Of a DNA stretch of 64,000 nt, positions 60,523 to 64,000 are shown one piece after another. Below the pieces are notes generated by a model, which saw nothing but the letters and a program-made list of their open reading frames with translations, was not told where the DNA came from and did no database searches. This DNA comes from an uncultured Verrucomicrobiae bacterium (lineage in GTDB: Bacteria; Verrucomicrobiota; Verrucomicrobiia; Chthoniobacterales; UBA10450), in the NCBI GenBank assembly GCA_963726745.1, contig CAVSDR010000004.1, positions 32,001 through 96,000 of the forward strand, in the 5' to 3' direction. The first letter of the stretch is position 1. Each line of letters begins with the position of its first letter. A program made the translations under genes and the position numbers.

Positions 60523-61626
60523 ATGCTTCGCGTCCTCCTGCTCCTGCTCGCCTTCCTGCCCTGCTCTGCCTGGGCCTACGGCCCGATTGGCCACCAGATC
60601 GTCGGCGCGATTGCCGATGAAAAATTAGCCGGCACCGAGGCCGGGAAGAAAGTCGCGCTTCTGCTCGACGGTTTCACGCTCGAGAAGGCGGCGGTGATTC
60701 CCGACGAGATCAAGGGCTGGGACAAGAAGGGCCCGGACGATCCGCAGATTTTCCATTACTCCTCGCGGCCGCGGATCGACGCCATGCTGGTGGAGTATTG
60801 GAAAGCCAACCCGCCGACGAAGGACACGAAGTCGCCCGTGCCTTCGCATCATTGGTATCACTACACCGACGTGCCGCTGATCAAGCCGCAGAAGTACGCC
60901 GACGGCCAGGCGGGGCGTTCGCCTTGGGACATCGTGCACGCTTCGCGCTATGCCATCGCGGTTCTCCAAGGCAAGGAGCCGGAGGAAAATCCGCGCAAGG
61001 TCACCAAGCCAATCGCAATCATCTTGCTGGCTCATTTTCTGGGCGACATCCATCAGCCGCTCCATGTGGGCGCGCAGTTTTTCGACGCCGCCGGCCAGCC
61101 GGCCGATCCCGAGACCGATCCGCACGCGCTCGAGGACCAAGGCGGGAACACGATCACCTTGAAGCACTCGCCCACGGCGGCGGCGCGGCTTGAGCATGTC
61201 GACTCGAAGCTGCACGGCTTTTGGGATAGCGGCACGGTGAACCTCCTCCTGCCCGACGCACCGAAAGCCATGCCGAAGGAAGAACGCCGCGCGACCACCG
61301 ATGCGGGCAAGAAAGCGCTCATCGACCAGATGGCGAAGACGGAACCGAAAGGTTGGAAGTTGCCGGCTAATCTCGCGCTGGTCGATTACCCGGAAGCCTG
61401 GGCCAACGAGATTCTGCCAGTCGCGCACGAGGCGCACACGCGTCTAAAATTCAGCGGCCTTCGCCGCGGCGACGATCCCGAGCAACCGGTGATCATCGGC
61501 CAGGCCGAGGGCACATCCGCAGCCGACAAGCTTTCCTACGAAGATTGGGCCGCCAAAGTCGTGCGCCAAGAGCTTCATCTCGCTGGCTGGCGGCTGGCCG
61601 ATCTCCTCGAACAAGCGCTCAAGTAA
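60523..61626 (+). CDS. Secreted S1/P1 nuclease
   Basis: AWA-YGPIGH, WYHYTD, HFLGDIHQPLH, LHGFWD, AG.RLA. Confidence 0.9.
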   Translation: MLRVLLLLLAFLPCSAWAYGPIGHQIVGAIADEKLAGTEAGKKVALLLDGFTLEKAAVIPDEIKGWDKKGPDDPQIFHYSSRPRIDAMLVEYWKANPPTKDTKSPVPSHHWYHYTDVPLIKPQKYADGQAGRSPWDIVHASRYAIAVLQGKEPEENPRKVTKPIAIILLAHFLGDIHQPLHVGAQFFDAAGQPADPETDPHALEDQGGNTITLKHSPTAAARLEHVDSKLHGFWDSGTVNLLLPDAPKAMPKEERRATTDAGKKALIDQMAKTEPKGWKLPANLALVDYPEAWANEILPVAHEAHTRLKFSGLRRGDDPEQPVIIGQAEGTSAADKLSYEDWAAKVVRQELHLAGWRLADLLEQALK

Positions 61627-61644
61627 GACGCGGCCGGTCGCGCG

Positions 61645-62367
61645 TCAGCGCAGCGTCTGTCGAAAATAGCCAGCAACTTCTTCCCGCACCCGAGCCTGCG
61701 CCGCCGCGGAAAAGCCGTGGCCTTCGCCGGGCACGAAATGCGTCGTGACCGTGGGCGCGTGCCGGCGCAAATACCGCTGCAGCGGCAAGGCGTATTTCTC
61801 GAATGGCACGCGACCATCCGCCATCCCGTGGATCATCAACCCTGGCGGCATGCTTCCGAGGCGTTTGGTCTCGTTATTCCACACCCCGCCGGCCTGCTCC
61901 GCGATCGCGCCCACGCGCGGATTTTCCGACGCAGCCGCCACGGCGAGAAACGCGCCTAACGAGTAACCATAGAGGCCGATGCGGGCGTGGTTCCCCTGCT
62001 CCTGCGCGATCCAGCGCAGGGAGTCGCGCACCGTCTCCAACCAGGTGTCGAAATTCTTCAAGAGACCGCGGTCGCCGAGGAAAAAGTGCGAGCCGGTGCG
62101 ATCGAAATAGTGCAGGAGGTAGACCGCGTTTCCCTCGGCCGCGAGCCGAAGCGCCATCCGCCGCATCTCCGGACCGTCGAAGAGCGTGCCGCCAGCGCCA
62201 TGCAGCACCAGGATCGTCCGGTGCGTCGCCGGTACGGCGGCGGGCGCAAAGTAGTCGGCCGTGATCGTGCGCCCGCCACTGACGAAGGATCGCGTCTCGG
62301 AAGCGCGGAGTGCGCCCGGAGCGAGGAGCGTAAGAATGATCAGCCAGGCCGGGCGCAGGAAAGTCAT
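61645..62367 (-). CDS. Dienelactone hydrolase-like alpha/beta hydrolase, secreted
   Basis: LHGAGG, GYSLG, HGMAD, GEGHGF. Confidence 0.85.
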   Translation of the reverse strand: MTFLRPAWLIILTLLAPGALRASETRSFVSGGRTITADYFAPAAVPATHRTILVLHGAGGTLFDGPEMRRMALRLAAEGNAVYLLHYFDRTGSHFFLGDRGLLKNFDTWLETVRDSLRWIAQEQGNHARIGLYGYSLGAFLAVAAASENPRVGAIAEQAGGVWNNETKRLGSMPPGLMIHGMADGRVPFEKYALPLQRYLRRHAPTVTTHFVPGEGHGFSAAAQARVREEVAGYFRQTLR

Positions 62368-62408
62368 GTCGGAGAGCGCTTCGCACCGGCCGCCCTGCGG
62401 GACGCGCT

Positions 62409-63329
62409 TTACTCGTCGGGATGAAGCTCGAATTGGCTCATCGCGCGGAACATTTGGTAGCGCTGCTTGATCTCGTCCTGCTGGAGCGTGCGCAGCCGGT
62501 CCATGCTGAAGGCCTCGACGTTGAAGCTCGCAAGCACGCTCCCGTAGATGAGCGCGCGGCGGAATTGCGCGAAGCTTAATTCGCCACCGGAAGCCGCGAG
62601 ATAGCCGGCGACGCCGCCGGCGAAAGTGTCGCCTGCGCCCGTAGGATCGTGGATGTCTTCCAGCGGATAGGCCCCGCAGCTGAAGAAATCGTCCTCGCTG
62701 AAAAGAAGCGCGCCATGTTCGCCTTTTTTGATCGCGACATATTTCGGCCCGGCTTTGAGAATGGCACGGCCGGCTTTGATCAGGCTCGTCTCCTTGGTCA
62801 TCTCGCGCGCTTCGCTGTCGTTCAGGATGAGCATGTCCACTCGCGGGAGGAGCGCATCGAGATCCGCGCGCGCAATGTTGATCCAAAGATCCATCGTGTC
62901 GGCCACGATGAAGCGCGGCTTCTCCATTTGATCGAGCACGTGGGACTGGAGCGCGGGCGCAATATTAGCCAGCAAGACGAAGTCGGTCTTCTTGTAGGCC
63001 GCCGGCAGATCGGGGCGGAAATGTTCGAAAACGTTCAGGTCGACCGAGCGGGTCTCGCGCGTGTTCATGTCCCAGGCGTATTCGCCCGACCAGCGGAAGG
63101 TTTTTCCCTCGGCGCGCTGCACCCCCGCGGTGTCGATCTTGCGTTCCTTCCAAAAGTTGAACTCGCTCTCCGGAAAATCACTTCCGACCACGCCGACGAG
63201 ATTCACTGGCGAAAAGAAGCTCGCCCCGAGGGCCGCGTAAGAAGCGGAGCCGCCGAGTTGGTCGGCATGTTCCTCCACGGGAGTTTTGACGGTGTCGAGC
63301 GCGATGGAACCAACGATGAGGACGGACAT
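62409..63329 (-). CDS. PfkB family sugar/nucleoside kinase
   Basis: VGSIALD, LGGSASY, DPTGAGDTFAGG. Confidence 0.92.
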   Translation of the reverse strand: MSVLIVGSIALDTVKTPVEEHADQLGGSASYAALGASFFSPVNLVGVVGSDFPESEFNFWKERKIDTAGVQRAEGKTFRWSGEYAWDMNTRETRSVDLNVFEHFRPDLPAAYKKTDFVLLANIAPALQSHVLDQMEKPRFIVADTMDLWINIARADLDALLPRVDMLILNDSEAREMTKETSLIKAGRAILKAGPKYVAIKKGEHGALLFSEDDFFSCGAYPLEDIHDPTGAGDTFAGGVAGYLAASGGELSFAQFRRALIYGSVLASFNVEAFSMDRLRTLQQDEIKQRYQMFRAMSQFELHPDE

Positions 63330-63330
63330 G

Positions 63331-63985
63331 CTATTGGGAATTTTCGGTTTGGGATTTTGGAATCGAGGAGCGCCCGGGCAGCGCGGGCATACTCTGCAAT
63401 GTCCGCGGCTTGCAGCAAGCCGGAGACAATGACCACGCGTTGCGCGCCCGCGGCCAGGACTTGCGGGAGATTCTCCAGCTTGATCCCGCCGATGCAGAAA
63501 ATCGGCAGACGCACGAGCTCGTGGACAGGGGTGATTTGTTCGAGCCCGATCGGCTCGTAGTCCGGTTTCGTCGGCGTGGCGAAGAGCGGACCGAAGCCGA
63601 TGTAATCCGCGCCTTCCTCCATCGCCTGGTGCGCCTGCGCCAGGCTGTGGGTGGAGCGGCCAACCAGACAAGCCGCACCCGCACGCCGGCGCGCTTCCGC
63701 GATCGAGAGATCGTCCTGCCCCACGTGCACGCCCTCGGCCCCGATCTCGCCGGCTATTTCCGGGTGATCGTTGATGATCAAGGGCACGCCGGCGTCGCGG
63801 GTGAGCTTGATTAATTCCGCAGCCTGCCGGCTAATTCCCGCCGCGCTCAGCTTCTTCGCGCGCAATTGGACCAGGTCGACGCCCCCGCGGAGCATCTCGC
63901 GCAGGACGTTCGACGTCTCGTTAGGCGAGACGTAGCCGAGATCGAGAATCCCGTAGAGCCGGGCCTCGCGCAGGCGCGCGCTCAC
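63331..63985 (-). CDS. thiE: Thiamine-phosphate synthase; true stop probably TAG at 63333-63331 after a +1 frameshift
   Basis: VQLRAK, IINDH, GVHVGQDD, GRSTH, GPLFATPTKP, IGGI. Confidence 0.92.
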
Positions 63986-64000
63986 TCGTGCAGGCGCGCC

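Larger units (their letters stand above)
728..63925. repeat. Dispersed non-palindromic word (G)CCTAACGAG / CTCGTTAGG(C), 26 exact 9-mers
   Basis: CCTAACGAG at 728, 2251, 7122, 13553, 13853, 14902, 19364, 19757, 21818, 30798, 35307, 41679, 46266, 46598, 47153, 49386, 52523, 52898, 61955; CTCGTTAGG at 8296, 10098, 11504, 33570, 34060, 37439, 63917 (hand count). Confidence 0.93.

Noticed and set aside
63203..63330. ThiE C-terminal extension overlapping pfkB by about 127 nt
   Set aside because: Removing one base in the AAATCCCAA/AAATTCCCAA stretch gives a TAG one base before the pfkB ATG; likely an indel error
728..63925. CCTAACGAG copies as CRISPR repeats, REP elements or IS ends
   Set aside because: Only 9-10 bp, irregular kb-scale spacing, mostly intragenic and in frame, unrelated flanks, no cas or transposase genes
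1..64000. Alternative genetic code or stop-codon readthrough as an explanation of the TTAG/CTAA excess
   Set aside because: Recognisable genes end at TAA, TAG and TGA at expected lengths, and the motif is mostly out of the stop frame

Overview
GC-rich (~65% by eye) bacterial chromosomal segment, most likely Verrucomicrobiota (Chthoniobacterales-like). This assignment is inferred from a VPDSG-like CTERM protein, an ADOP permease array and the general gene style. It holds about 50 tightly packed housekeeping and envelope genes: solA, mntH/mntR, a stand-alone rpsN, six tandem MacB-like ADOP permeases with an embedded aspartyl protease, a PEP-CTERM gene, lptF, a halogenase-lipoprotein-MMPL-LolA operon, amidohydrolases, an oprB-fucP-cupin-pfkB sugar operon, a PlpD-like patatin, tricorn protease, fsr, pgm, lnt, an ABC permease-amidohydrolase fusion, an S1/P1 nuclease and thiE. 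I saw no rRNA, tRNA, CRISPR array or mobile element. The strongest unexplained signal is a non-palindromic dispersed DNA word, (G)CCTAACGAG / CTCGTTAGG(C). A hand count gives 26 exact 9-mers and 47 CTAACGA cores in 64 kb. It is written into genes in several reading frames and both orientations through otherwise rare codons (TTA, CTA, AGG, GTT) and even forms stop codons. It behaves like a DNA-uptake-sequence or HIP1-type genome-wide signal that I do not recognise. Six genes carry single +1 frameshifts that are probably sequencing errors.
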